Source: Abditibacterium sp. (GTDB lineage: Bacteria > Armatimonadota > Abditibacteriia > Abditibacteriales > Abditibacteriaceae). Taken from it: a stretch of DNA of 64,000 nt. The position numbers and the translations under genes are program-made. This document shows, one piece after another, positions 47,840 to 57,522 of the stretch. How positions within the stretch are numbered: the stretch's first letter is position 1; each line of letters opens with the position of its first letter. The notes beneath the pieces were generated by a model. The model was not told the DNA's origin and ran no database searches. It worked only from the letters and a program-made list of their open reading frames with translations. The DNA lies in the NCBI GenBank assembly GCA_965246885.1, contig OZ251992.1, positions 1,280,001 through 1,344,000 on the forward strand, given 5' to 3'.

Positions 47840-49029
47840 GCGGGCACAACGCGCACGCGGGCGGCACATTCTCGCGCTCGCCCGCGTGCGGTTTCAACGG
47901 AGTCGGCAGTGGCGAGGGCGACGCCCATGCGCCGCTTGGGGAACGCGACCGGCTTGCCAAACAAGCGCAGGTCGGAGCCGGGAACGCGCAGCGCCGTGTC
48001 CACGTTCTCAAAGGCGACGGCCCCTTCGAGTCCGCCGTAAATAACGGCGGACGCGCCAATCTCGCGCTGGGTCGTGTCAACGGGCAAGCCCAAGATGGCG
48101 CGGGCGTGCAAGTCGAACTCACTTTGTCTTTGCGTGCACAGGGTGACGAGTCCGGTGTCGTGCGGGCGCGGCGAAACTTCCGAAAACCACACGGCATCGC
48201 CGCGTACAAACAGTTCCACGCCAAAGATGCCGCGCCCGCCGAGTGCGTTCGTGACTTTGGCGGCGATGCCCTGCGCGGCACGGAGGGCGGCTTCGCTCAT
48301 CGGTTGGGGTTGCCACGATTCCACGTAATCGCCCGCTTCTTGGCGGTGGCCAATGGGCGCGCAAAAGTGGGTTTCGACCGCGCCGCTTTCCCCAGCGCGC
48401 ACGGTCAAGAGGGTGATCTCGAAGTCGAACTCGACGGCGCCTTCGACGATGACGCGGCCCGAATTCACGCGCCCGCCGCTCGAAGCATAAGCCCATGCCT
48501 TCTCAAGGTCGCTCGCATCGGTGACGCGCGACTGCCCTTTGCCGCTCGAACTCATGGTGGGCTTCACGAAGCAGGGGAAGCCGATAGCTTGCGCGGCGGC
48601 TTGCAACTCCTCCAAAGAAGAAGCGAAAGCGTAGGGCGAGCAGGGCAATTCCAACTCCCTCGCGGCAAGGGTGCGGATGCCTTCGCGGTTCATGGTCAGG
48701 CGCGCGGCGCGTGCGGTGGGAATGACTTCGCAGATGCCCTCGGCTTCGAGTTTCTCCAATTCGAGCGTGGCGATGGCCTCTATTTCGGGCACGACCAAAT
48801 CGGGCCGCTCGCGTTCGATGAGGGCGCGCAGTTGGGCCGCGTCGGTCATGTCGAGGGTGTAAGCGCGGTGGGCGACCTGATGTCCGGGCGCGTCGGCGTA
48901 GCGGTCAACGGCGATGGTTTCCACGCCCAACCGTTGCAAGGCGAGGATGACTTCTTTGCCAAGTTCCCCGGCGCCAAGGAGCATCACTTTGAAGGCGGAG
49001 CCGGACAACGGCGTGCCGATGCGTGTCAT
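47836..49029 (-). CDS. purT: Formate-dependent phosphoribosylglycinamide formyltransferase
   Basis: [38 protein letters not shown]. Confidence 0.97.
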   Translation of the reverse strand: MTRIGTPLSGSAFKVMLLGAGELGKEVILALQRLGVETIAVDRYADAPGHQVAHRAYTLDMTDAAQLRALIERERPDLVVPEIEAIATLELEKLEAEGICEVIPTARAARLTMNREGIRTLAARELELPCSPYAFASSLEELQAAAQAIGFPCFVKPTMSSSGKGQSRVTDASDLEKAWAYASSGGRVNSGRVIVEGAVEFDFEITLLTVRAGESGAVETHFCAPIGHRQEAGDYVESWQPQPMSEAALRAAQGIAAKVTNALGGRGIFGVELFVRGDAVWFSEVSPRPHDTGLVTLCTQRQSEFDLHARAILGLPVDTTQREIGASAVIYGGLEGAVAFENVDTALRVPGSDLRLFGKPVAFPKRRMGVALATADSVETARGRARECAARVRVVPA

Positions 49030-49079
49030 AGGGGGAGCAGTTTCCCGTTTCGGCGCGCAACTGGCGACGCGGGGCGGCT

Positions 49080-50048
49080 ATGGAACATCTGCAATTGCCG
49101 CGCACCGATTTGCGCGTGTCGGCGCTTTGTTTGGGCACCGCCGAATACGGCGCCGGAATTGACGAGGCGACTTCGTTCGCCTTGCTCGACGCTTTCGCCG
49201 AAGCGGGCGGCAATTTCTTCGACACCGCCGCCGTTTACGCCGCTTGGACGGGGGCCGGAAAGGGTTCCAGCGAGCGGCTCATCGGGCGCTGGCTCGCGTC
49301 GCGTCGCCCGCAGAACGTCGTGATTGCCACTAAGGGCGCGCACCCGGAGCTTCATTCGATGGGCGTTGGTCGCCTGACGCGCTCCGACATAGCTTCCGAC
49401 ATCGAAGCGAGTTTGAAGAACTTGAAAGCCGAGGCGCTGGACGTGTGGTATCTGCACCGCGACGATCCGTTTGTCCCCGCCGGGGAAGTGCTAACTTTGT
49501 TGGAAGAGTTCCGACGCGCCGGGAAACTGCGCTTCTACGCGTGCTCCAACTGGCGCGCGAGCCGCATCAAAGAAGCGCAAGCGGCGGCAGGGGAGATGGG
49601 CGTGGCGGGCTTCTTGGCGAATCAGCCGCTTTGGAGTTTGGCTGTGCCGGACATGACCGGGGGTGACGCGACCCTCGCGCCGATGGACGCGGAGATGATG
49701 GCGCTCCACGAGGCGACGAACTTAGCCGCCATTCCCTATGCCTCGCAAGCCAACGGCTACTTCCAGAAGATCGCGGAAGGGAAGACGCTCCCCGCGTCGG
49801 TTGAAACGACGTATGATACGGACTTGGTGCGCCCGACGAACCGCGCCCGCTTGGGGCGGCTCGAAACTCTGAGCGCGGCGACGGGGCACTCGCTCACTGG
49901 GTTGGTGTTGGGCTTTTTGCGAGGGCATCCGTTTCCCGTCGTGCCCATCATCGGCCCGCGCACCCTCGCGCAGGGGCGCGACAGTTTAACGGCGGGAGAT
50001 GTGCGGCTAACGGCAGAGCAAGTGACGGCGTTGGCGGCGCCCAGTTGA
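49080..50048 (+). CDS. Aldo/keto reductase
   Basis: GGNFFDTAAVY, SERLIG, ATKG, YLHRDD, SNW. Confidence 0.92.
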   Translation: MEHLQLPRTDLRVSALCLGTAEYGAGIDEATSFALLDAFAEAGGNFFDTAAVYAAWTGAGKGSSERLIGRWLASRRPQNVVIATKGAHPELHSMGVGRLTRSDIASDIEASLKNLKAEALDVWYLHRDDPFVPAGEVLTLLEEFRRAGKLRFYACSNWRASRIKEAQAAAGEMGVAGFLANQPLWSLAVPDMTGGDATLAPMDAEMMALHEATNLAAIPYASQANGYFQKIAEGKTLPASVETTYDTDLVRPTNRARLGRLETLSAATGHSLTGLVLGFLRGHPFPVVPIIGPRTLAQGRDSLTAGDVRLTAEQVTALAAPS

Positions 50049-50057
50049 GGGGGAGAA

Positions 50058-51218
50058 TTATTTCTCTTCTAACTTCGCTTGCAAAAGCGCGACGGCTTTT
50101 TCAAGGCGGCGCAACTGGCGTGTCATTTCGGGGAGTTTGCGGCTGGCGGCGTTGGTTTTCATGTAATCGCGGTTGGGAACGGCGGGAGTGCCCGCGACGA
50201 ACTCGCCGGGGCCAACATCGGCCATGATGCCCGCTTTGGCGCCCAAAATGGCGCCCTTGCCGATTTTGACGTGATCGCGCAACCCCGCTTGGCCCGCCAT
50301 CATCACGTTGTCCTCGACGATGACGGAGCCGCTCAGCCCGACTTGGCCGCACAGGATGCAGTTCTTGCCGATTTGCACGTTGTGGGCGATTTGGACGAGG
50401 TTGTCTATCTTGGTTCCCTCGCCGATGCGCGTCGCGCCCATCGTCGCGCGGTCAATGCACACGTTGCAGCCGATTTCCACGTCGTCTTCAATAATGACCG
50501 TGCCGACTTGGGGGACTTTGAAGTGCTTTTGGCCGTCGAACACGTAACCGAAGCCGTCGCCGCCGACGACGCTGGATGCGTGAACGCGGACGCGGCGGCC
50601 CAACTGGACGTGGTGGCCGCACACGACGTTGGGGTAGAGCACCGATTCCTCGCCGATTTGGGCGCCGTCGCCGACGTACACGTGCGGGTAAAGGATGGCG
50701 CCGTCGCCGATGCGCGCGGCGTGGCCGACGTAGCAGAACTCGCGGATGGTGACGCCCTCGCCGATGATGGCCGAGTCCTCGATGACGGCGCTGGAATGAA
50801 CGCCGCGTTCGGGCACGCTGGCGGGTTGCATCCATTCGATGAGCTTGGCGAACGCGAGGCGCGGGTTGCCCGTCAGCACGACCGGCTTGAGTTTGGGCCG
50901 CGCGCGCTTAGTGCTTTTTTGAAGCGTTTCCAACTCTTCGCGCAGCGATTCGGGCGCGATGATGGCCGAAGCGCTCCCGGCGAAGGCGTTCTCGATCATC
51001 CGTTCGTTCTCGATGAAGGAGATGGTGCCCGCCGACGCGGTGTCCAGACCGGCGACGCCGGTGATGAGGATGCGCGAGTCGCCCAGAATTTGCGCGTTGA
51101 GCAGGCGAGCGATTTCGCCCACCGTCGCACTGCGCGGCATACCCGCCGGGGAACCCGGTGGGGCGCTACGATGATGTCCGTTTCCGTTTGAAGTGATGGG
51201 TGACGAGGCGTTCGCCAT
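50058..51218 (-). CDS. lpxD: UDP-3-O-(3-hydroxymyristoyl)glucosamine N-acyltransferase
   Basis: Hexapeptide repeats, DGFGY, PQVGTV, KIDNLVQIAHN; start uncertain. Confidence 0.95.
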   Translation of the reverse strand: MANASSPITSNGNGHHRSAPPGSPAGMPRSATVGEIARLLNAQILGDSRILITGVAGLDTASAGTISFIENERMIENAFAGSASAIIAPESLREELETLQKSTKRARPKLKPVVLTGNPRLAFAKLIEWMQPASVPERGVHSSAVIEDSAIIGEGVTIREFCYVGHAARIGDGAILYPHVYVGDGAQIGEESVLYPNVVCGHHVQLGRRVRVHASSVVGGDGFGYVFDGQKHFKVPQVGTVIIEDDVEIGCNVCIDRATMGATRIGEGTKIDNLVQIAHNVQIGKNCILCGQVGLSGSVIVEDNVMMAGQAGLRDHVKIGKGAILGAKAGIMADVGPGEFVAGTPAVPNRDYMKTNAASRKLPEMTRQLRRLEKAVALLQAKLEEK

Positions 51219-51434
51219 AGAATTGGTTCTCCCGAAGGTGACGGTGTGACGATGAAAAACTGCGGCTGTTCTCACAAGTCGGGTGGCCTATGCGCGGTTT
51301 GCGGGCCGCGCCCTGCGCAATCTTTGCAAGATTGTCCACTCTTTGACGCATCATCCGCTCAAGTGAGGCGCGTAATTTTACGGGAAGGGGCGGGCGTTTA
51401 CGCGAAAGAGGGGCGCGTTTTGACAATAAGTGTT

Positions 51435-52601
51435 TTAGCGCACTGCCAGCCGCCAGACGCTTGCCTCGTGTTCGGATGCGGTGAGCGCCGCGCCGTTGGA
51501 CGGAATTTGGCCGCGCCGCGCGAGGGTGTTGGGCGGGAGGGCAAACAGTGGCCACACGGCACCCCGTTTCACATCGCCGCCCTCTGTCATCATTTCCCGC
51601 GCGAGTGCCGCGACATCGGGCACTTCCGTTGGCGGTTGAAAAATTGCGGGCGCGACTGGCGGGCGCGACGTTGTGGAAGCGCGCAGAAAGCCTGCGAGGT
51701 TGCGTTGCACTCCCGCGAGGCGCGCGCCCGTGCGCTCGGCGTCGGCGCGTGCGATTTGAAGCAACGCGACTTCGCCTTCTTGCCGCACTTGCGCGGGCAT
51801 TTCCACCGTTGACTGAAACAAAAGGGCGTTTTGGCGGGCGGTCTCGGCGCTCCAGATTTCGCGCAGGCGCGCTTCGATGCGCGCGATTTCGCTTTGTGCT
51901 CCGGCGCGGCGCGCGGGCGTGGCCGCCAAGAGAGGCAGCAGTTGCAAGCGCAAGTTCGAAAGTTCCAGTTGTGTCGCGGGTGACACGCCCGACAAGGGTA
52001 CCGTCGGGGGCGCCGTGCGTGCCAAAAGCGCGACGCGGTCTTGCAACGCGCGGCGCTCCAGCAACCCCTCATCGGCCCGCCGCAAACTTTCGCGCGCTTG
52101 CCAACCTCGGAAAAAGGCGCGCGCCGCTCGTTCATCGGCCCCGCTCGGCAAAAGAGTTACGCCGCTCACCCGTCGCGCGGGCAAGATGAGCGCTCCACCG
52201 GGCCGCGCCGTTGGTCGCCGTGACCCGGTGAAAGGTTCCGGTAGCCAATTCGGAAGCGGAGTTAGTTGCGGCGGCGACGGAATGAGGCCGCTTTGCACTC
52301 CCGCCGCCAACGCGCGCGCCGGATCGGTGCTCCACTTCGCCGGTTGCAAGACGGCGCGGCGCGGCGGCAGGGGCGCCCGTTTGTCGCCGCTCAGCCACGC
52401 CCCAATTTGCGCGAGGCTCAGCTTTGAGAGCGCCCCGGACAGCGACGTGCTGCCTTGCACCGCCCGTGCGCGTGCCAACTCGCGCGGCGCGGGCGGCGCG
52501 GGTGTCGGCATTTCAAACGCCGTGCGCACCCCCGACACCACGCCGCATCCACCCAAGAGGGGGGCGAGCAGAAGCGAGAGGGCGAGGGGAGGGCGGGACA
52601 T
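51435..52601 (-). CDS. Hypothetical lipoprotein
   Basis: Lipobox LGGC, coiled-coil segments; between skp-like gene and lpxD. Confidence 0.6.
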   Translation of the reverse strand: MSRPPLALSLLLAPLLGGCGVVSGVRTAFEMPTPAPPAPRELARARAVQGSTSLSGALSKLSLAQIGAWLSGDKRAPLPPRRAVLQPAKWSTDPARALAAGVQSGLIPSPPQLTPLPNWLPEPFTGSRRPTARPGGALILPARRVSGVTLLPSGADERAARAFFRGWQARESLRRADEGLLERRALQDRVALLARTAPPTVPLSGVSPATQLELSNLRLQLLPLLAATPARRAGAQSEIARIEARLREIWSAETARQNALLFQSTVEMPAQVRQEGEVALLQIARADAERTGARLAGVQRNLAGFLRASTTSRPPVAPAIFQPPTEVPDVAALAREMMTEGGDVKRGAVWPLFALPPNTLARRGQIPSNGAALTASEHEASVWRLAVR

Positions 52602-52605
52602 AGCT

Positions 52606-53265
52606 CTACCTGTTCAGCAGGTTCAGCACGTCGGCGGTAACGTCTACGGAATCGGAGGAGTAGATGAGCGCCTTTTTGCGGATGATCATGGACAGCTTGC
52701 GGTTTTGGGCCACCTGCGCGACGACGGAGTTCGCTTGGTTGGTGTAGAACTTGTCGGTGTCGTCCTGTTGCCCGCGCACCAGTTGGAGCAGTTGGTCGGA
52801 CAGGGCGCTCAGAGCGGCGCGGTTTGCCGTGGCGTAGGTTTGCAAAATGGTCATGCGCGCTTGGTCGGCGTCATTGCGATTGGCTCGTCCGACCAGCCCC
52901 TGATACTCGGCGCGGCGGTCGAGACCCGTTTTGACAAGCGCGGCGAGCGCGGGGTTGGCGGGCGCCGTCGGCTCGATGCTTTTGGTGATGCCCGCGTCGA
53001 AGGTTTTCGCCTCGCTGTCGGTCAAAAACTCGCGCGCCGGGATTTTGTCGTCCAACTCCTTGGCGCGCCGGTCAATGGCGGCGACGGCGTCGGCGTATTT
53101 CTTGAAGTTCTCGGCCAGTTTGTCTTCGTCCACCACGCCAATAGTCATGGCCTGAGCGTGGGCAGGGGTCGGGCGGGCAACGGCGAGGGTGCCAAAAAGG
53201 GACACGGCGAGCAGAGCGCGGGTGAGCGGGGCGCGAAAGCGGTTGAAAGCGAGAAGCGAATTCAT
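52606..53265 (-). CDS. OmpH/Skp-family periplasmic chaperone
   Basis: IGVVD...VAQVAQNRKLSMII...VDVTADVLNLLN. Confidence 0.8.
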   Translation of the reverse strand: MNSLLAFNRFRAPLTRALLAVSLFGTLAVARPTPAHAQAMTIGVVDEDKLAENFKKYADAVAAIDRRAKELDDKIPAREFLTDSEAKTFDAGITKSIEPTAPANPALAALVKTGLDRRAEYQGLVGRANRNDADQARMTILQTYATANRAALSALSDQLLQLVRGQQDDTDKFYTNQANSVVAQVAQNRKLSMIIRKKALIYSSDSVDVTADVLNLLNR

Positions 53266-53321
53266 TTTACAGAGCCTTCGACAAAGGCGAGCGCAAAACG
53301 ACGCGCGGGAATTGCCCTCGT

Positions 53322-54284
53322 TCACTCCGAAGTTAAGAACCCTTCACTCCGCATCCACGCGACGAACGCCCGCAGCCCTTCTTCCAACCCGACGCGCGGC
53401 GCCCAACCGAGCAAGCGCGCCGCTTTTTGGATGTCGGCCCACGTCGCGGGCGGCTCCGAAGTCGGGGCGGGAGCCGTTTCGATGAGGGCGCGGCGCCCGA
53501 TACACACTTCGAGTATCGCCACAAAGCGCGCGTTTTCGACCGGAGCGCCGCCGCCGAGGTTGAGAATCTCCCACTCGAACGGCGTATCCAATGCCGCGAC
53601 GAAGCCGCGCACGATGTTGTCAATATACGTCCAGTCGCGCCGCAACGTGCCGCCGTCGTAGAGCGTGATTGGCTCGCCGCGCGCTATCTTTTGTGCCCAC
53701 TGCCAAGGCATCATGTCGGGGCGACCGTGCGGGCCATAAACATTAAAGAAGCGCAGAATCGTCGTTGGCAGCCCGTAGGAGTGCGCGAACGCGAAGGCAA
53801 ACAGTTCCATCGCCCGCTTGCTCGCCGGGTAGGGCGCGAGTGGGCGGACGGCGGGCGCGTCCTCGTGAAAGGGCAGGGGAGTATCGCTCCCGTAGACCGA
53901 ACCCGTCGAAGCCAACACGCAGCGCGGGCGCGAAGTCTGCCGCGCCGCGTCGAGAATGTGCGCCGTCCCCTGCACGTTCACACTGCCATAAAGGAGCGGG
54001 TTCGCAACGGAGTAGCGCACCGCCGCCATCGCCGCGACGTGCGCGACGGCCTCGAACTCGTTAGCCGCGAACAACGCCAAAACCCCATCCGCGTCGCGCA
54101 TATCCATCTCGACCAAGCGGAAGTTCGGGTGATGCAAGAGGTCGCGCAAGTGCAACTCCTTGAGCGACCGCGCGTAATAGGGGTCGAACGAATCCAGCCC
54201 CACGACGGAATCGCCGCGCTCCAATAGCGCCCGCGCCAGCCGCGACCCGATAAACCCGGCAGCGCCGGTGACTAAAACTTGCAC
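53322..54284 (-). CDS. NAD-dependent epimerase (UDP-glucuronate 4-epimerase-like)
   Basis: TGAAGFIG, AGV-like AAVRYS, YPASK, RFFNVYGPHGRPDM. Confidence 0.9.
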   Translation of the reverse strand: MQVLVTGAAGFIGSRLARALLERGDSVVGLDSFDPYYARSLKELHLRDLLHHPNFRLVEMDMRDADGVLALFAANEFEAVAHVAAMAAVRYSVANPLLYGSVNVQGTAHILDAARQTSRPRCVLASTGSVYGSDTPLPFHEDAPAVRPLAPYPASKRAMELFAFAFAHSYGLPTTILRFFNVYGPHGRPDMMPWQWAQKIARGEPITLYDGGTLRRDWTYIDNIVRGFVAALDTPFEWEILNLGGGAPVENARFVAILEVCIGRRALIETAPAPTSEPPATWADIQKAARLLGWAPRVGLEEGLRAFVAWMRSEGFLTSE

Positions 54285-54371
54285 GACCTTAATTTACGCG
54301 GCGGCGCCGTGAACCCGCATCGGCCCCCCATTGGCACACTGTCCCCCGCGCCCACGCGCCCTAAAACCATC

Positions 54372-54878
54372 ATGGCCACAGTCACTTTACACGGCAATCC
54401 GCTCGAAACGGTCGGCAACCTTCCTTCCGTCGGCGACCAAGCGCCCGCTTTTGAACTCGTCGCAAACGATATGTCGGTCGTTCATTTGTCCGACTCCAAC
54501 GGCAAAATCCGCATTCTGTCGGTCGTGCCTTCCATTGACACGCCCGTCTGTTCCATTCAAACCGCGCGCTTTAACCGCGACCTCGACACTCTCCCCGATT
54601 CCGTCGTCGGCTACACCATTTCCGTAGACACCCCGATGGCCCAAGCCCGCTATTGCGGGACGGAGGGCGTCGAGAAAATGAAGCTGCTTTCCGACTACAA
54701 AGGCAACACCTTCGGCCACGACTACGGCCTCTATCTCCAAGGCCCCGGCCTCCTCGCCCGCTCCGTCTTCATCGTGGACAAGGACGGCAAAATCGCCTAC
54801 TCCCAACTCGTCCCCGAAATCGCCCAAGAGCCCAACTACGAGGAAGTGCTGGCCAAGGCGCGCGAATTGGCGGGGTGA
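54372..54878 (+). CDS. tpx: Thiol peroxidase
   Basis: VPSIDTPVC, ISVDTPMAQARYCG, LLARSVF, EPNY. Confidence 0.95.
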   Translation: MATVTLHGNPLETVGNLPSVGDQAPAFELVANDMSVVHLSDSNGKIRILSVVPSIDTPVCSIQTARFNRDLDTLPDSVVGYTISVDTPMAQARYCGTEGVEKMKLLSDYKGNTFGHDYGLYLQGPGLLARSVFIVDKDGKIAYSQLVPEIAQEPNYEEVLAKARELAG

Positions 54879-54909
54879 TGGTAATCGGAGATAGAGGATG
54901 TGTTCTGGG

Positions 54910-55786
54910 GTGTTCGGGGATATAAAATCCCCGGCATCCGGCTTCGCCAAGCGTTCTCCGAACGCGGGGTACAGGTGAGGCCTACTATGCAGCGCGTCCT
55001 GCCGGACGCTTGGCGAAGCCGGATGCCGGGGATTTTATATCCCCGAACACATTCCCTCCAACCTATCCTTGAACACATCCCCCAACCTCCCCTAAAACGG
55101 CGCCTCATCCGGTGCATCGGGATAGATAAACGGCGAGTTCGGATTCTCGAAGTCCAAATCCTCGACCGAAGGCCACAATTTCCCCGCCGCGTGTCGCGCC
55201 TTTTGCTTTTTGATGTAGTGCGTCACCGTTTGCAAGTCGCTTCGGCTCACGCTGAAGGCGGCGTAGTTGTTTTGCCAGCCGTCGGCATTGCCGTTCGTGA
55301 GGTCGCGCGCAAGAGTGGAGGACGTGCCTTTGACGGCCTTCATCAACTCCGCGAGAGTGGTCGTCGCATTGAAACGCACCAAAGCGTGAACATGGTCTTC
55401 CAAGCCGTTGACGGCCCACAAGCGGCAGCCGAATCGCGAAACTTCCTGTCCGACGCAGCGATAAATGGGTTCTTCCAGCGCAGGCGAAAGCCAAAGTTGG
55501 CGCTTGTTCGTCGCCCAGACGAAGTGGATGAACACATCAATGCGACTACGCGACCGCGACGACGAGGAAGGGAGCATGGGGGGAGTTTGCTCGTTCTTTT
55601 TGGGTTGGGGAATGAGGTTGGGGAGTGTGTTCGGGGATTGGCCATCGGGGATATAAAATCCCCGGCATCCGGGCGCAAGCGCCCAAGCGTCCTACCGGAC
55701 GCGCTGCATAGTGGCGCGTCACTTGGCACCGCGTTCGGAGAACGCTTGGTGAAGCCGGTTGCCGGGGATTTTATATCCCCGAACAC
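54910..55786. mobile_element. IS200/RAYT-like element: HUH transposase flanked by mutually inverted REP doublets of about 140 bp
   Basis: 54910-55050 and 55645-55786 each hold two CGGGGAT-N5-ATCCCCG units and are largely reverse complements of each other. Confidence 0.8.
55092..55577 (-). CDS. tnpA: IS200/IS605-family Y1 HUH transposase (REP-associated type)
   Basis: IHFVWAT, EDHVH (HUH), KGTSS, WQNNY.AFSVS, YIKKQ. Confidence 0.9.
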   Translation of the reverse strand: MLPSSSSRSRSRIDVFIHFVWATNKRQLWLSPALEEPIYRCVGQEVSRFGCRLWAVNGLEDHVHALVRFNATTTLAELMKAVKGTSSTLARDLTNGNADGWQNNYAAFSVSRSDLQTVTHYIKKQKARHAAGKLWPSVEDLDFENPNSPFIYPDAPDEAPF

Positions 55787-55828
55787 AGTCCCAGAAGCCC
55801 CAATGATAAATCCAGAAATCTCCACTCC

Positions 55829-56473
55829 TCACGGCACCGACAGGTAAATCGGGTCGCTCCAGGCGCCCAGGTTGTCTTTTCCGGCGCCGACGGCGGCGAC
55901 TCGCACCCAGACGCGCTGCATTGAGGGCAGGTTTTGGAGTTCGGTTTTGGAAGCGGTGGCGGGCATGGCGTAGTTCCACATGGCGTCCACTGCGGGCTGC
56001 GTCATGCCCACGAAGAATTGCACAACATACGAGTTGCGTCCGACGACGGGCGTCCAGTGGGCGTCTACGGCGCCGGGATGGTCGCCGGGAGAGAGTTGCA
56101 AACCCAGAACTTGCGGCATTTTGATGACGGCGTGCGAGGTCGAGGCGAGTTCAAAGCCAATGGCCGTCGCCGCCGTGCCGCCATCGGTAGGCATTTTGGC
56201 TTGGATGTAGTCGGCAGACGCGGCAATCTCGGCGTCGAACCCCGCTTTGGCTTGGTCGCGCGCAATGGTCAGCCCCGGTATCGAGTTCATCGCGGTATCG
56301 AGCGCCGCCTGTTTCGTGCCCAACGCCATCGTCGCCGCTTGAATGGCCTGCACCTGCGCGGTGTTGCCCGCCACAGTCGAAGCCGTCCACCCCGACATGA
56401 GCTTCGCCCCCATTTGCAAGCGTTGGGCGATTGTCGCATTTCCTAAAGCAAGTTTGATTTTGTAGTTGGCCAT
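55829..56473 (-). CDS. Helical N-terminus plus C-terminal fibronectin type III domain protein
   Basis: HWTPV..SYVV...LQNLPS..WVRVAAV...GAWSD; GGAG RBS. Confidence 0.75.
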   Translation of the reverse strand: MANYKIKLALGNATIAQRLQMGAKLMSGWTASTVAGNTAQVQAIQAATMALGTKQAALDTAMNSIPGLTIARDQAKAGFDAEIAASADYIQAKMPTDGGTAATAIGFELASTSHAVIKMPQVLGLQLSPGDHPGAVDAHWTPVVGRNSYVVQFFVGMTQPAVDAMWNYAMPATASKTELQNLPSMQRVWVRVAAVGAGKDNLGAWSDPIYLSVP

Positions 56474-56554
56474 AATTGTCTCTTTGCTCCTTGCGCCGCC
56501 CCTTTTTGGAGTCCAAGCGAGCCGCTTGTATTTTAACAAGACCCTCGCGTGGAA

Positions 56555-56745
56555 CAAGAATCGGCGGTCATTGACCAAGAACCGCCGATTCTCTTTCAAG
56601 GAGAGGGTCTTCTCGATAAAGGAGTGCCAATCCTTGTTTGACAAGAGCCAATTCTTGGTTCATAATCGCCGATTATAAACCAAGAATCGCCGATTCTCGA
56701 CCAAGGCGAGCCAATTCTCTTTGGAGGAAAGGGGCTTCTCGGCCA
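56555..56745. repeat. Degenerate 21-bp-period array (CAAGAATCGCCGATTCTCGAC-like), about 8 units
   Basis: Units at 56555, 56576, 56597, 56618, 56639, 56660, 56681, 56702. Confidence 0.7.
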
Positions 56746-56798
56746 AATCCACGCTCATTTCCCCGCCGCCCGCCCAAAATCATGCTCGCCAGACGAGG

Positions 56799-56831
56799 AA
56801 AAACCCCGGCTTCGCGGGAAGTCGGGGTTTT
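56799..56831. terminator. Bidirectional intrinsic terminator-like hairpin
   Basis: AAAAACCCCGGCTT...AAGTCGGGGTTTT. Confidence 0.65.
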
Positions 56832-56844
56832 GAACGGGAGACAC

Positions 56845-56889
56845 GAGCGAAACGGCGGCGCTGTAGGCAGTAGGGTGTAGCGCCACTTG
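56845..56889 (-). mobile_element. Truncated, degenerate attC site
   Basis: Minus GGCGCTACACCCTACTGCCTACAGC matches the first half of the attC at 57424-57510 and follows the stop codon directly. Confidence 0.6.
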
Positions 56890-57381
56890 CTACCGGCTCA
56901 TCATAAGGTCATCTATTCGCCTTTGCTTGGCTGCTATGTCGTTGCTGAAGTGTTCCACGTTATCACGAGCGAACATTTCTGCCGTTTCATCATGACCAAC
57001 GCCATCAGTTCGCTCCCGTGCCTGTCGCTCACTTTTGAGCCGTTCGTAACGCTCCTGTGCGTCGCTCTTCTTGCTTTCCAACTCCCGAATTTCGGAGCGA
57101 AGTTCCGCTACTTGAGATTGACGCCTTGATGTATCAGCCGCTTGTTCTTGCTCGTTGCGTCCTCCCTGAGAGGGCGGCTTAACAACAGGCGAAGAGCTAT
57201 CCGGCGTTTGAGATGCCTGCGGGGAGGGTGCTTGGAGAACAGGGGCCGCAACTGTTGCCACAACTTGAGGTTGAGCGGTGTTAGTCGGCAGCACTACTGC
57301 GGTTGTTGCGGGGGTTGTGTCAGGACTCGAAGAACAGCCACCCAAGCATAACGCACCCGCGACAAGCCATATTGTTTTCAT
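56890..57381 (-). CDS. Hypothetical lipoprotein (integron cassette 2)
   Basis: MKTIWLVAGALCLGGC lipobox; coiled-coil C-terminus. Confidence 0.75.
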   Translation of the reverse strand: MKTIWLVAGALCLGGCSSSPDTTPATTAVVLPTNTAQPQVVATVAAPVLQAPSPQASQTPDSSSPVVKPPSQGGRNEQEQAADTSRRQSQVAELRSEIRELESKKSDAQERYERLKSERQARERTDGVGHDETAEMFARDNVEHFSNDIAAKQRRIDDLMMSR

Positions 57382-57423
57382 GTGTGTTCCCATTATAGCA
57401 CGCGACTCAAGCCGCGCGCGACT

Positions 57424-57510
57424 GCACAACGACTAAGCGCACCCGCCGCCGGAAGCGGAAGCGAGGAATGAGCGAAGCTGTAGGCGGTCGGGCGCAGCGC
57501 CTTGTTCTGT
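57424..57510 (-). mobile_element. Integron attC site (87 bp)
   Basis: Minus: ACAGAAC (R'') AAGGC GCTGCGCCCGACCGCC...GGCGGCGGGTGCGC TTAGTC GTTGTGC (R'), immediately after a stop codon. Confidence 0.8.
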
Positions 57511-57522
57511 CGCTGTTGGGAC

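Noticed and set aside
55092..55829. IS605-type tnpB or omegaRNA system
   Set aside because: No TnpB/IscB ORF next to tnpA; the neighbour is an FN3 protein and the flanks are REP doublets.
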